Source: Klebsiella phage KpLz-2_45. Taken from it: DNA of 64,000 nucleotides. Positions 44,077-53,900 of the stretch are shown in pieces (the stretch's first letter is position 1; every line of letters begins with the position of its first letter). The notes under the pieces were generated by a model. The model worked only from the letters and a program-made list of their open reading frames with translations. It was not told the origin of the DNA and made no database searches. The stretch lies in the sequence record MN871446.1; one strand, given 5' to 3'. The position numbers were made by a program, and so were the translations under genes.

Positions 44077-44538
44077 TTAATCGGACAGTTCGGAAGTTTT
44101 GGATTCGATCATACGGCGAACTGCGACGTGATCTTCGCGCTCTTTACGGCGATACGCCACGGTCACCGACGGGTCTTTCATGGTGCCGTCAGCCTTTTTA
44201 CCGGTCGGCGGAGTATAGTTAACCGCAACGCCTGTTTTACCCGTCTGGATAACACCCCAAACGCGTTTGGTGTCGCGATGAGTTTTCAGGTGATCGATGG
44301 CTTTAGGGCCGGCGTTATGCAGCAGCGCAGTAGCGAACAGGCTTTCATATTCCTGAACCGCTTCGATCTTGTCTTTGATATCCGCCGGCGCGTTATCCAT
44401 GAAACAGTCTACGCCTTCTTTCTGCGAGATGGTTCCATGTTCTGAGACGAAAATGCTGTCGCCGATTTTAGCGGAAAGGTCCAGTACCTCTTTAGAAATT
44501 TCCAGTACGGTTTCTTTCTTTTCTTTTACATCTGACAT
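44077..44538 (-). CDS. hypothetical protein
   Basis: 153-aa ORF with Shine-Dalgarno GAGG. Confidence 0.55.
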   Translation of the reverse strand: MSDVKEKKETVLEISKEVLDLSAKIGDSIFVSEHGTISQKEGVDCFMDNAPADIKDKIEAVQEYESLFATALLHNAGPKAIDHLKTHRDTKRVWGVIQTGKTGVAVNYTPPTGKKADGTMKDPSVTVAYRRKEREDHVAVRRMIESKTSELSD

Positions 44539-44675
44539 TTGTATTTCCTCAATTGAGTGTGTTTCGATGAGATTAATGAGAACTGCAGTTCTACTACTTC
44601 ACTATCGACCGATGATCAGTTCGGCGCGATGGGAATTTTATCTTTAGCGCCGAGTATCTTTGAGTTTAACTCAAC

Positions 44676-45074
44676 TTACTCAGCTTCTTTCTGTCCTTGG
44701 AGTTTCCACCGCGGGATTGAAGGGTTCGTAGAAGCTTCGATATAATCTACGAGGGCCGTGTTTACGTAAAAAAGATTACGATAAACATAAACCCAATCAA
44801 TCGATACGCGTCTGTACTCTTTAGCACCTTTATTAGAAATAAGATGCCCTGTTTCGGAGATAATGCACGAGATAGCTCGAGTTAATTCAAAATCGTTAAT
44901 TTTGCTATCAAGTACCCGAACTGACGCTATTACTTGTTCAAGTAATTTAAGATGCGCGAACTGGCCAAAGCGTCCTTCGGGTAGAATAATAAAGTCAGCT
45001 ACCCGAAGACGGAGATCAGCTACCTGGTTTATAGCTGTAATAAAATCGTTTTGAACGGAATTTTCTTCAAGCAT
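44676..45074 (-). CDS. hypothetical protein
   Basis: 132-aa ORF with Shine-Dalgarno AAGGAG. Confidence 0.5.
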   Translation of the reverse strand: MLEENSVQNDFITAINQVADLRLRVADFIILPEGRFGQFAHLKLLEQVIASVRVLDSKINDFELTRAISCIISETGHLISNKGAKEYRRVSIDWVYVYRNLFYVNTALVDYIEASTNPSIPRWKLQGQKEAE

Positions 45075-45097
45075 GTCTCACTCCTTTTAATGATTGA

Positions 45098-45141
45098 AAG
45101 GTAGATTTCTCTACCTTATTTCAATAGAGTGATATAGATGT
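45098..45141 (-). promoter_or_regulatory. ACATCTATATCAC motif (plus coordinates 45129..45141), then hairpin AAGGTAGA-TTTC-TCTACCTT, then Shine-Dalgarno and ATG
   Basis: The motif lies 5 nt after the upstream gene's stop. The hairpin lies 23 nt before the ATG at 45074. Confidence 0.4.
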
Positions 45142-45145
45142 TAAA

Positions 45146-45877
45146 TTAGTTTGAAATGGCACCGAGACATTCAAACAGATAGCCGGTCATGAATTCTGCC
45201 GAGGTAGGCTTCGTGTATTGGCCGGTGCTGTTATCGGAACGGATAATAGTTTGGTAGATGTTACCAAACGTCGTGGCGTTACTGTCGTCAAATAACACCT
45301 TAAACAGCCCCTGATGGATCGCAGCGTAAAGGTCAGTAGCTTTTACCGCTTCCGTTACAAAGTCGCTCACAAAGCTGTCTACTTCGTTATACTGATCAAC
45401 AAGTAACGGGTGAGCGTTCTTCAGGAGGAAGTAAAACTCTTTCGCCAACGACGTCAGTAATTCACTCCGTTTGTCTTCATTACTGAGGTAGATTTTATAC
45501 AGCTCATTACTGTAACCGGTCACCCAATTGGTACCGACAGTACGCGCTTCTTCGCGGAATTTCGTTTCCGGTTTCAGGTAATATCCGATCCCTTCGGTCA
45601 GGGAAAGGTAGGTCAGTGCATCTGGGTTATCGATCGGCGCATTCAGGTAAAGGACATTTCCTTCAACGCGATACGTTTCAACGCTCGGGTCGATGACGAT
45701 TTCCACGTTTTCGAGTTGATACTTTTCACCGATAGCATGGACGCCGTACACGAAGACTTGACCCGGGACAATCACTCCTTCGATAGTTTCCTTCACCGCC
45801 TGTGCTAAAGCAACTAGACGTTGGGTTTCACTGGCGTTGAGACCCTTGATGCCGTTGAGCAGACTAGATGGTTGCAT
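45146..45877 (-). CDS. hypothetical protein (possible structural)
   Basis: 243-aa ORF. Confidence 0.55.
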   Translation of the reverse strand: MQPSSLLNGIKGLNASETQRLVALAQAVKETIEGVIVPGQVFVYGVHAIGEKYQLENVEIVIDPSVETYRVEGNVLYLNAPIDNPDALTYLSLTEGIGYYLKPETKFREEARTVGTNWVTGYSNELYKIYLSNEDKRSELLTSLAKEFYFLLKNAHPLLVDQYNEVDSFVSDFVTEAVKATDLYAAIHQGLFKVLFDDSNATTFGNIYQTIIRSDNSTGQYTKPTSAEFMTGYLFECLGAISN

Positions 45878-45946
45878 GGCTACACCTCAATAAGTTTTAC
45901 GTTTACATAGTAGGAACGGTAACTGTAAGGTTTGAAATGTTACAGC

Positions 45947-45977
45947 ATAGAGAGGAGGGCGTCTGCCCTCCTCTCAT
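45947..45977 (-). terminator. stem-loop TAGAGAGGAGGGC-GTCT-GCCCTCCTCTCA
   Basis: 12-13 bp GC stem, 5 nt after the stop of the small ORF 45982..46143. On the minus strand it is followed by TATGCTG. Confidence 0.5.
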
Positions 45978-45981
45978 CTGG

Positions 45982-46143
45982 TTAATGTCTCTGCGGTTTA
46001 TTTGTCGGCGTAGGAAGTGTTACTCCTTTAAACCGACATTCTTTGTAAACATTGCGTAAAAAGCGTTGGCGGTCTTCTTCACGTTGTTTCTCGATTCGTT
46101 CGTCACCAGGGAATCTGGCGATATAGCAGGGGCGTTTCACCAT
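45982..46143 (-). CDS. small basic protein, 53 aa (MVKRPCYIARFPGDERIEKQREEDRQRFLRNVYKECRFKGVTLPTPTNKPQRH), below the ORF-track cutoff
   Basis: Shine-Dalgarno AAGGTG at -8. The stop is followed within 5 nt by a strong hairpin. It occupies an otherwise empty 304-nt gap. Confidence 0.35.
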   Translation of the reverse strand: MVKRPCYIARFPGDERIEKQREEDRQRFLRNVYKECRFKGVTLPTPTNKPQRH

Positions 46144-46181
46144 AGCGTTCACCTTTTGTTCATGTGGGCTTTACCGGCCCG

Positions 46182-46859
46182 TTAGACAGTCGGGTTACTC
46201 TTGCTCGTTATCCACTGACTCGCAAGTGTTTTGAGTGATCCGCCGCGATCGACGAAGACACTCAAATTACTGTTGTCAGTGTAGACTACATTGCGGTCTT
46301 CGCTATTGACGGTAGCGGAGACAATGACATGGTTTCCTTTCACAAGTGCATTTTCGCTTATGATAGTACGAAGCGTGTAACCCACGATATCAATAAGATC
46401 AGACAACTGCTTATAGCGGTATTGTCCATCGTTGGTTGTGTCCTCTTCGTAGTCAGTACGTAAGGATTCGAATAAATAGTATCCTACCCACAGCGATGCC
46501 ACCGCGTAGATACTCGGGTTAAAAACGTTGTCGAGTCGGGGAAGGAGACTATAGTGGTACAAAGTCGTCACGCCGTAACCCAGATTTGCCAACATGTTAA
46601 GAACAAATCCATCCGGGAGGGCGTTGATCTTGGCGTCAATTCCTGGAAATTTAGTTCCCAGGTGACTGATAAGACGGGAGCGTACTTCCGTTTCTCGCAT
46701 ATTGATTGGCCAAGATAAAATAGGAACTTGCTTAAACGGTTTATTCTCGCCTGCAAAATCCGAAGCACTCGGCGTTCTTGTCCAAGGAGTTAATAACTCA
46801 ATCGACTGGATAATAGCAGGGAGCGTACTGTCGTCGTAAATTCCAACTGAAGTGGGCAT
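46182..46859 (-). CDS. hypothetical protein
   Basis: 225-aa ORF. Confidence 0.55.
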   Translation of the reverse strand: MPTSVGIYDDSTLPAIIQSIELLTPWTRTPSASDFAGENKPFKQVPILSWPINMRETEVRSRLISHLGTKFPGIDAKINALPDGFVLNMLANLGYGVTTLYHYSLLPRLDNVFNPSIYAVASLWVGYYLFESLRTDYEEDTTNDGQYRYKQLSDLIDIVGYTLRTIISENALVKGNHVIVSATVNSEDRNVVYTDNSNLSVFVDRGGSLKTLASQWITSKSNPTV

Positions 46860-46925
46860 GATAAATCCTCTCTTCGTAATAAGTGTCTCTTAAATTAAAT
46901 CAGATTTTAAGTATTATCATAAAAC

Positions 46926-46963
46926 TAAGAAAATAAAAGAAAGAGAGGCCAACGCCTCTCTTT
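46926..46963 (-). terminator. terminator AAAGAGAGGC-CAAC-GCCTCTCTTT plus T-run (repeat copy 2), followed by TTTTATGAT
   Basis: Downstream on the minus strand is TTCTTTTATTTTCTTAGTTTTATGATAATAC. Confidence 0.7.
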
Positions 46964-46968
46964 TCTAT

Positions 46969-47715
46969 TTACCAACGTGCAACCAGACCACTTTTCCCGG
47001 AAAGTAAGGTAGCGCGATCTAAGTTACGAATCGCATCAATCGTCCCTTTAAAACTGGACTCTACCGAAACCAGACTTTTATCTTCCGCCATACTACGAAT
47101 GATTGCCGGTTGAACCGGAACCACCAACGCCGATTCGCAAGACGGCGACATGTATTTGTTCGCAACAGAAAGACCCGGTTCGTTAACGAGATCCCAGGTG
47201 ATGATGTTATCAACGTACTTACGTACCTTCCCGCCCACGACTCTGTCGGTCGCCATGCTGCGAATACTGAAGGCCAGATTCTCGTCCGGGTTAGCCATGA
47301 TTTTATCAAAGTCATCACGACGTGCACCAGTAGAACAGACTTCGCCCATGATCGCGCAAATGCGCTGACCATTCGGTAACACGAAGTTCGGTACTACCCA
47401 AACTTTACGGATATGGATCGCCCAGTTCCGCTCATCAATCGTGTGGATGCGCTGAATGAACTTACGGTAGTCAGGGTAGTCATACTCTTTTGGATGACCC
47501 CACTCACCACGCAAATACCCTTCGTTAATCCGCTTCTGGAACAAGCCGTTTGCAGCGAGGATACGTTCTACACGCTGCTGGTCATAAACTGCCCCGATGC
47601 TGTTATCAAACTCTAACGCACCCAGGATAACTTCCAGGTAGTTATTATCGAGGCGTTTAATGTTACCGACCCGGTTCACTCCTTTCAGCGCCGTTACTTC
47701 AAATGACATTCCCAT
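46969..47715 (-). CDS. hypothetical protein (start moved to MGMSFEVTALKG...)
   Basis: The track start at 47823 overlaps the upstream gene by 104 nt. The ATG at 47715 lies 4 nt after the upstream stop. Confidence 0.5.
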   Translation of the reverse strand: MGMSFEVTALKGVNRVGNIKRLDNNYLEVILGALEFDNSIGAVYDQQRVERILAANGLFQKRINEGYLRGEWGHPKEYDYPDYRKFIQRIHTIDERNWAIHIRKVWVVPNFVLPNGQRICAIMGEVCSTGARRDDFDKIMANPDENLAFSIRSMATDRVVGGKVRKYVDNIITWDLVNEPGLSVANKYMSPSCESALVVPVQPAIIRSMAEDKSLVSVESSFKGTIDAIRNLDRATLLSGKSGLVARW

Positions 47716-47719
47716 GATT

Positions 47720-48445
47720 TCACCATCGTACAATATTAGAGAAACTCGACTCATACGAAAGCAGTCCCGCCTTGCGTTCCTTGGCAGCGTTGAATTCTGT
47801 CTTCGATAACGGGAACATCTCAACTTGGCTTTGGTCGAACGGCTCTTCTTTGTACCGTTCTAGCGCAGGGAGCACCATCTGATAATACCCGCGTTTCAAC
47901 GAAAAGAACGGCGAGAACTTTAAGGACGGACCCGTCACCTCAATGAGGATTCGGGTTTCAATACTTTTCTGGTAGTCATCTTTGATCAAACGAAGTTCGT
48001 CGATAAAACACTTCCCGACGACCCGCGCTGGGTAGGGTTGGTCTTCCTGATCGACATTCACTAACCAACGTTCTTCTGACCACTCTGCCATCGGGCAGAT
48101 AGATTTCCCTGGTCGCAAAGAACCCTCTACATCAATGGCGTAGATCGTATAGCCACCGAGCCATGTGTCATCACCCGCGCAGTGGGCTTTACTGTCGAGA
48201 AAGTCCCGTAACGCGACACCGTATCCTCGCAGACAATCCACCACAGTGATTCCGGTACAAACCCGTTTCACACTTTCATCTTCTCCCGCCATCGTCCGTT
48301 GAATTTCACGCGGAACGAAAACGTCGATCTTTGGATTAGGCGAGATATGATAAAGGACGCGGTGGTGCGTATCGACCTGTAAGGCGTTGATGGCGTGCTC
48401 TTGCTGTTTACGGACGAAAGCAGTTAACCGTTCAAATGGTGACAT
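47720..48445 (-). CDS. hypothetical protein
   Basis: 241-aa ORF. Confidence 0.55.
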   Translation of the reverse strand: MSPFERLTAFVRKQQEHAINALQVDTHHRVLYHISPNPKIDVFVPREIQRTMAGEDESVKRVCTGITVVDCLRGYGVALRDFLDSKAHCAGDDTWLGGYTIYAIDVEGSLRPGKSICPMAEWSEERWLVNVDQEDQPYPARVVGKCFIDELRLIKDDYQKSIETRILIEVTGPSLKFSPFFSLKRGYYQMVLPALERYKEEPFDQSQVEMFPLSKTEFNAAKERKAGLLSYESSFSNIVRW

Positions 48446-48447
48446 AC

Positions 48448-49173
48448 TTACGCCCTCAAGAGTCGTTCAATCGGCTGCGTGACTTCGTTAGGGTTCACAA
48501 TCGCCGAATCCAAGCCATCGCCAGTGTAGCTCCCTGAGATCTTCGCTGTGGTATCAGACGAACCATCAATTACGTTACGTAACGGAATCCACGTGAACGG
48601 CGTTGTTTTGAGTTCGTTGTAGCTGAAGAGTTTCTCACGAAGTGGGACTTTACGGTCATGCGATAAACGCGCAATCTGTGCGATAATCATCTCGCCGATG
48701 GTCGGGGTCGCCACCAATTGCGTACCGGTGTATTTTTTCGTTTCTTCAAAGAACCCGCTGAGCGAGATATAGTTGTAGAAGAATGGGATTCTTCCTCGGG
48801 CCAGAATCTCTTCAAACAGGTAATAAAGAAGGGTGTTGTCTTTGACCAGGTTCAAGTTTTTGATCACGGTACTACCGGGAGTAAAATGGAAGTCGTAATA
48901 GCTCCGACCTTGGTACTCTAACTGACGAATTTCAGCCGGGGCGATTTCCATCATACTGGGTGTGGTTGAAACTGCGTATTCACCCGCTTCGTTACAGATC
49001 GCAAAGAAGCCGATGATCATAATACGCTTACCCATACTGATCAATTGTTTTGCGCGAAAGGACTCTTGGATCACAATCCGGCAGCCGGTCGTAGTGACCA
49101 GACTGCCGTTTGGGAGTTCACGTAACGTCGCTTTCATCGCATCAGGTTTATGTTTCCACTGAGCGATATCCAC
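48448..49173 (-). CDS. hypothetical protein
   Basis: 241-aa ORF. Confidence 0.55.
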   Translation of the reverse strand: MDIAQWKHKPDAMKATLRELPNGSLVTTTGCRIVIQESFRAKQLISMGKRIMIIGFFAICNEAGEYAVSTTPSMMEIAPAEIRQLEYQGRSYYDFHFTPGSTVIKNLNLVKDNTLLYYLFEEILARGRIPFFYNYISLSGFFEETKKYTGTQLVATPTIGEMIIAQIARLSHDRKVPLREKLFSYNELKTTPFTWIPLRNVIDGSSDTTAKISGSYTGDGLDSAIVNPNEVTQPIERLLRA

Positions 49174-49184
49174 ACTCGACTCCT

Positions 49185-50717
49185 TTAAGCTACCGTAACA
49201 TCATCCGCTTCGATGATACCGATCTTTTCCGCTGCACTGAAACTCAGGACGTCAAAGTTGGCCACTAACCATTTCGCCAGGTAACGTACCGCGGCGGTAT
49301 AGGCTGCGGTAGTCCCGTCTTCCTGATTCTCTTGCATCTCCGTTTCCACGATGTCGATAATGTCCTCGGCATCGATAAAGGTGAAGATGTGCTGGCAGAC
49401 TTTCTGTTTGACTAACTCGAACAGGTTCGGGTCGTTGTCAATGTTCCAGTTAACGTAAAACTTACCGGACTTGAGATCTTCAATCACCCGTGCCATCGCT
49501 TCTTCTTTACTGAAGCCACCCGGGAGTTGGTCATCGTTCAGTTCACCCAGCGCTGCTGAAAGTTCCGGTACGAAACAGTTAGATAGGCGTTTAAGGAACG
49601 TGTCGCGCGAATAACGTTGACGTTGCACTTCGAGTGCCTGCCAGCGTTTAAGGTTCAGTTCATTATTGGACAGGAACTGGGTCAGTAAACGCTGACCGCC
49701 TTTCGGGTCTAGAACGCCGCCAATCACGCTCTCCGGGGTTAAACCCTGGCTGAGCCCCTGACGGTAGACCGGGCCGAATACAACGATCTCTGCGTCTTCT
49801 GAGGTCGTTGCAATCTGACTTTTACCGGTGAAGCGAATCACCAGCTGTCCACGACGACTGCAACCGCTGAGCCAACCCAGGCCGTTCTGAATCAGGTAGC
49901 CGTACTGGAGTTTCATCGCGTTGATCGTCGCGTTGAATTCCGGTAAGGTTAACCCGGTACCCGGCAGCGGGTCTTGACTAAAGCTGTCAATCAGGAAATA
50001 GGTAATAATACCCAGATCAGTCATTGACGCATCGGTAAAGGTACCAACACAACGCTGGCCTTCTTTCTGCTGCACTAAACCAGCAATGAACCGGGTCACC
50101 GGACAAACCGGTACAACCGTCTCGTTACGGAAGAGGACGTTGTAGATTGCAACAACGGTATCGGCGCCGTATTTCGCAATAGCATCCGCTAACCCGTCGT
50201 CCAGTTCGCTCACACCGGTCTTCATTCCGTCAATCAGATCGACGTCAGTTTTTTCCGGGGCATTTTTGATTCGGGTAAACAGCGGCGCATTCGGTTTGTA
50301 CTGACCGAACGTATCGATGACGTACGGGTTGTAGATGATCGGCGACGGGTCGTATTGAGTGATGGTGAACTCTTTCGGTTCCACACCCTTCATGCGATCG
50401 AGGATCTTCCCGGTAACGTCGCTGATCAACGGAACAACGGTGTTACGGACATACCCGATCTGACGCAGTAACGCTCCGCCGACTACCTCTGCTGCACCGG
50501 CCACCGCTCCTTCGTGCGGTTCCGCCATCCCAATGGTACGCTGGGCGTTGTTGAACAACACCGCGTCGTAGTTCTCCATGGACGGTTTATGGCTCTGGAA
50601 GAGCGGTAAAGATTCGGCCACCGGACTAAACATCACGCTACCGGTGCGCGGGAAAAGAAACAGTCCTTCATTACTGACGACCGTTTTCGCCAAGGCGATA
50701 GATTTTTTATTTAACAT
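49185..50717 (-). CDS. hypothetical protein (510 aa; probable virion/structural)
   Basis: Large ORF with no motif recognised. Confidence 0.55.
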   Translation of the reverse strand: MLNKKSIALAKTVVSNEGLFLFPRTGSVMFSPVAESLPLFQSHKPSMENYDAVLFNNAQRTIGMAEPHEGAVAGAAEVVGGALLRQIGYVRNTVVPLISDVTGKILDRMKGVEPKEFTITQYDPSPIIYNPYVIDTFGQYKPNAPLFTRIKNAPEKTDVDLIDGMKTGVSELDDGLADAIAKYGADTVVAIYNVLFRNETVVPVCPVTRFIAGLVQQKEGQRCVGTFTDASMTDLGIITYFLIDSFSQDPLPGTGLTLPEFNATINAMKLQYGYLIQNGLGWLSGCSRRGQLVIRFTGKSQIATTSEDAEIVVFGPVYRQGLSQGLTPESVIGGVLDPKGGQRLLTQFLSNNELNLKRWQALEVQRQRYSRDTFLKRLSNCFVPELSAALGELNDDQLPGGFSKEEAMARVIEDLKSGKFYVNWNIDNDPNLFELVKQKVCQHIFTFIDAEDIIDIVETEMQENQEDGTTAAYTAAVRYLAKWLVANFDVLSFSAAEKIGIIEADDVTVA

Positions 50718-50908
50718 TACACGATCCCCTCTTGAACACGACGCGCGGCGATGGCAGCACCAATGGCGGCGGCCAGGTCTTCTTCGATGTTAGCGCCATC
50801 GGGGATTCTGAGGTCTTCGCTACGGGCATCAAGCATAATGCGACGCCCTACTTCGAGAATATTGGCGACGCTAGTCTGCGCAATTTCCTGTAAACCTTCG
50901 TTATTCAT
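50717..50908 (-). CDS. small hypothetical protein (63 aa, Ala-rich)
   Basis: ORF with a 1-nt overlap with the downstream gene. Confidence 0.35.
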   Translation of the reverse strand: MNNEGLQEIAQTSVANILEVGRRIMLDARSEDLRIPDGANIEEDLAAAIGAAIAARRVQEGIV

Positions 50909-50983
50909 CTTCTTAACCTTATTTTACAAAGCGCTTTGAAAAGTAGGGAATCAGGGCGAGTACGTTTCTCGCCCTGTGGTCAG

Positions 50984-53900
50984 TTACTGTTCATTATCGT
51001 AGGCTTTCAGCATCTCCTGCTGAATGTTTTCAATAAGAACGTTACCCATCCCAAGGAGTAATGCGGAGTTTACGATACGTGCGTTGATCGCGCGATACGA
51101 GAACTGAAGGTCGATGTCCCACGGTTCTCCGCCAGGCAGTACAGGGTTACGTGTACGGCAAATACCGTTATACACACCACTTACCACCGACTTCTTCTGG
51201 TTACCCACCACCAGTTTATCGCCGTCCCCCATACCACGCTGATGCGTGATATAAATACGAATCGCCATCATATCAATCTCTAACGGCAAACCGTCGATCC
51301 GGCTCGGCGTGAAGACCTGTCCGGTCGGACTCGTTTCTTGCTTGAGTACCTTGACGTTTTTCGCACGAATCGCGTCGTATTTATCCGCCACCTTACGAAC
51401 CGAATCCGACATGTCCTCTTTCTCACCGAAATAGAACACCTCAATCTTCTCAACCGTTCCTACGTGTTTTGCACGAGGGGCTGGGTTACCGAGTCGCGCT
51501 AAGGTTTCCATAGAACTGGCATCAAAGTAATCAAAGTTCGCTGAGATTTCGTCTTCGATAAACGCGAGGGTGTCGTCGATGTCAACGTGTTGTCCTTCGC
51601 TCACCAAATTACGGATTGCCTGATTAAAGTTCACCATCAGGACACGGGTATGCGTCACCAACGTCGCCATCTTCTTAGAGAGCCGTTCTGAAATCAGACT
51701 GGCGTCTTCGAAGGTGTTGTTGTTTTCCATCAACGCGATGTTTGTGGTGATCCCGTTCTTGAACGCGACCTGACCTGGCTCACGCCAGTCTTTCGCAAAG
51801 AACCCCGGATGGTAAGCGATAATGGTATCCTTCTTCACGCTCGCACCGACTTCCAGATCACAACGCATCTCATGCGGGACGGTATGACCTGTCACGATAC
51901 CGAACTTACGTCCAATCTCGATACGGTCTTCACCGAGCGCGGGATCATCGTATTTCACGACAACGTAATTCTTTCCTTTCTCTGTTACCACGCCCTGACC
52001 TTTTGCGCTGGCAGCGAAAAGATCATCATTACGGTGGGCCATCATTAACTCGTAACCCGTGCGGATATAACCGAGGTCATCTCCTACACTGCTTATTTTG
52101 TGGCTACTCTGAATACCGATAAAGTTAACGCGCTTCGGGTCGTCATAAGTCGCAAAGGGTGATACCAATGCGCTAGTAGAAAGGATATTACTAAACCCTT
52201 TCTCTTTACTCAGGTCTTTCTCAGTCCGTGCTGTACCACGTAAACTGGTGAGGTTAGGGTTCGCTGACAGGAAGCAGTTAATCCCAACGTCGCCGTTATC
52301 CACCGAGGATTCAGAACGAATACCAATATCACTCGGATGGAACGCACGGGTACGTCTCGTCATGGAACGCTTACCGCGGCCGCCAGTACCGGAATAAGTC
52401 AGGTTCTCTTTCTCTTTCAGGTTTTGGATAGGGTTAGAATCTTCTACCAGAGAAACAGAGGGATCTTTCTGTATCGCGGACAATACCTCGAACGGTGGGA
52501 AATCCAAAGACGCCCTTGAACTGAGGTTACTGGAAGATTGTCTCCGGACGGCTTCTGAGAAGGTACGGTAGACCGCTCCTGCCATACGCTCGTAACCTTT
52601 GAATAACGAGCCCTCTGAACTCAGGTCACTCGGGTATTCATCGGTCGCCAAGTAAAAGGCGGCTTTCTTCAACAGCGGGATGAACGTGGTGGGTTCGTTC
52701 ATCATCTCCAGGTTCTCTTCTGCGATCGGGTCGATAAAGATTGCATTAAGGTTAGTGAACTCGTAGAGATAGCGTCCTGATAACTGCATGTCAGAAAGCA
52801 GTGCGTTGTAGTTGTCCCGATTGTCCAGTTCTGCAACAGAATAGTTTTTCAGGGCAGCCTTCCACAGAAGCAACGAAGCGTAGATCAAGACATCAGGGTG
52901 TGTCTTTCTTGGGATACGCCAGATCTCATCGGCAAAGACGATCTCGAAGGTATTCGGGTCGGGTTGTACACGCGCCCCTTTCGTTCTCCGTTCCGGCTGA
53001 ATCTCTAACCCTTCTACCATCTGACTGAATCCTTCCAGATAAGCCAATACAATGGCTAACGGGAACTCTTGTCCTAAGATAGAGATTGTCACCAATTCAT
53101 TCGGACGGTCATCTGGGTTAGCTCCAAGGAGTTTTGCGATATGCCCGAGGTTGTCAGCACCGGCGCGCAGGTAACCCTCTTTATCCATCGTGACCGTAGT
53201 TTTCCCGCGTTTTCCTACTGGGATATCCGTTGTTCCATTCCAATCCGGGAAATTTTTCTTGATGTTCTCGTAGTCGAAAATAAACTGTATGCCCACTGCC
53301 TCAAACGAGATGACCTCTTTGGCGATAGCCGAATAGGTTCTGGGCACCGGTTGGGAATCTTTGAACGAGTTACCGTAAACAATTTCCGTCATGATCGGCG
53401 GGTTAGTTAACGCCGCGCGGTTCATGGCATCTTTAAGCCACTCTCCGTAATCGTAACGACGTTTATCGCTGCGGTCGACAAACAGCTTGCCGTAATACGT
53501 GGACAGCGCTACGGTCGATGGAGAGATCTTACGGATGGGTTTATCAAAACGCAATTTGCGCATGAAGTATTTAATCCCACCGATTTTATATTTCCCATTT
53601 TTATCGATGACCGGTAACTGGAAACGAACCGTAGAAGGCGCGCCTTTAACCGGCGAGATTTTCACCGTGTAATCGTAAAGGTCATTTAACGCATCGACTT
53701 GGCGTTCCACTTTAAAGTCGGTAATGGCAAACCCGGCTTTCTGGAAATTAAGGATTAAATTGATCACGTCCTTTTGCATGACTTCTTTAACGTACTTTTG
53801 ATCGAAGTCGATCAAGGTACTTTTTAACATGCTTTTATCTTTGACGTGGGTAATATCCTCGATGACCTTCGGTTCAAAATTCCAGACGACTTCTTTCGGG

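Noticed and set aside
13390-46970. CRISPR-like array suggested by the many similar GC hairpins
   Set aside because: The hairpins are single copies at gene ends with irregular spacing of 1-5 kb and T-runs. They are terminators, not repeat-spacer units.
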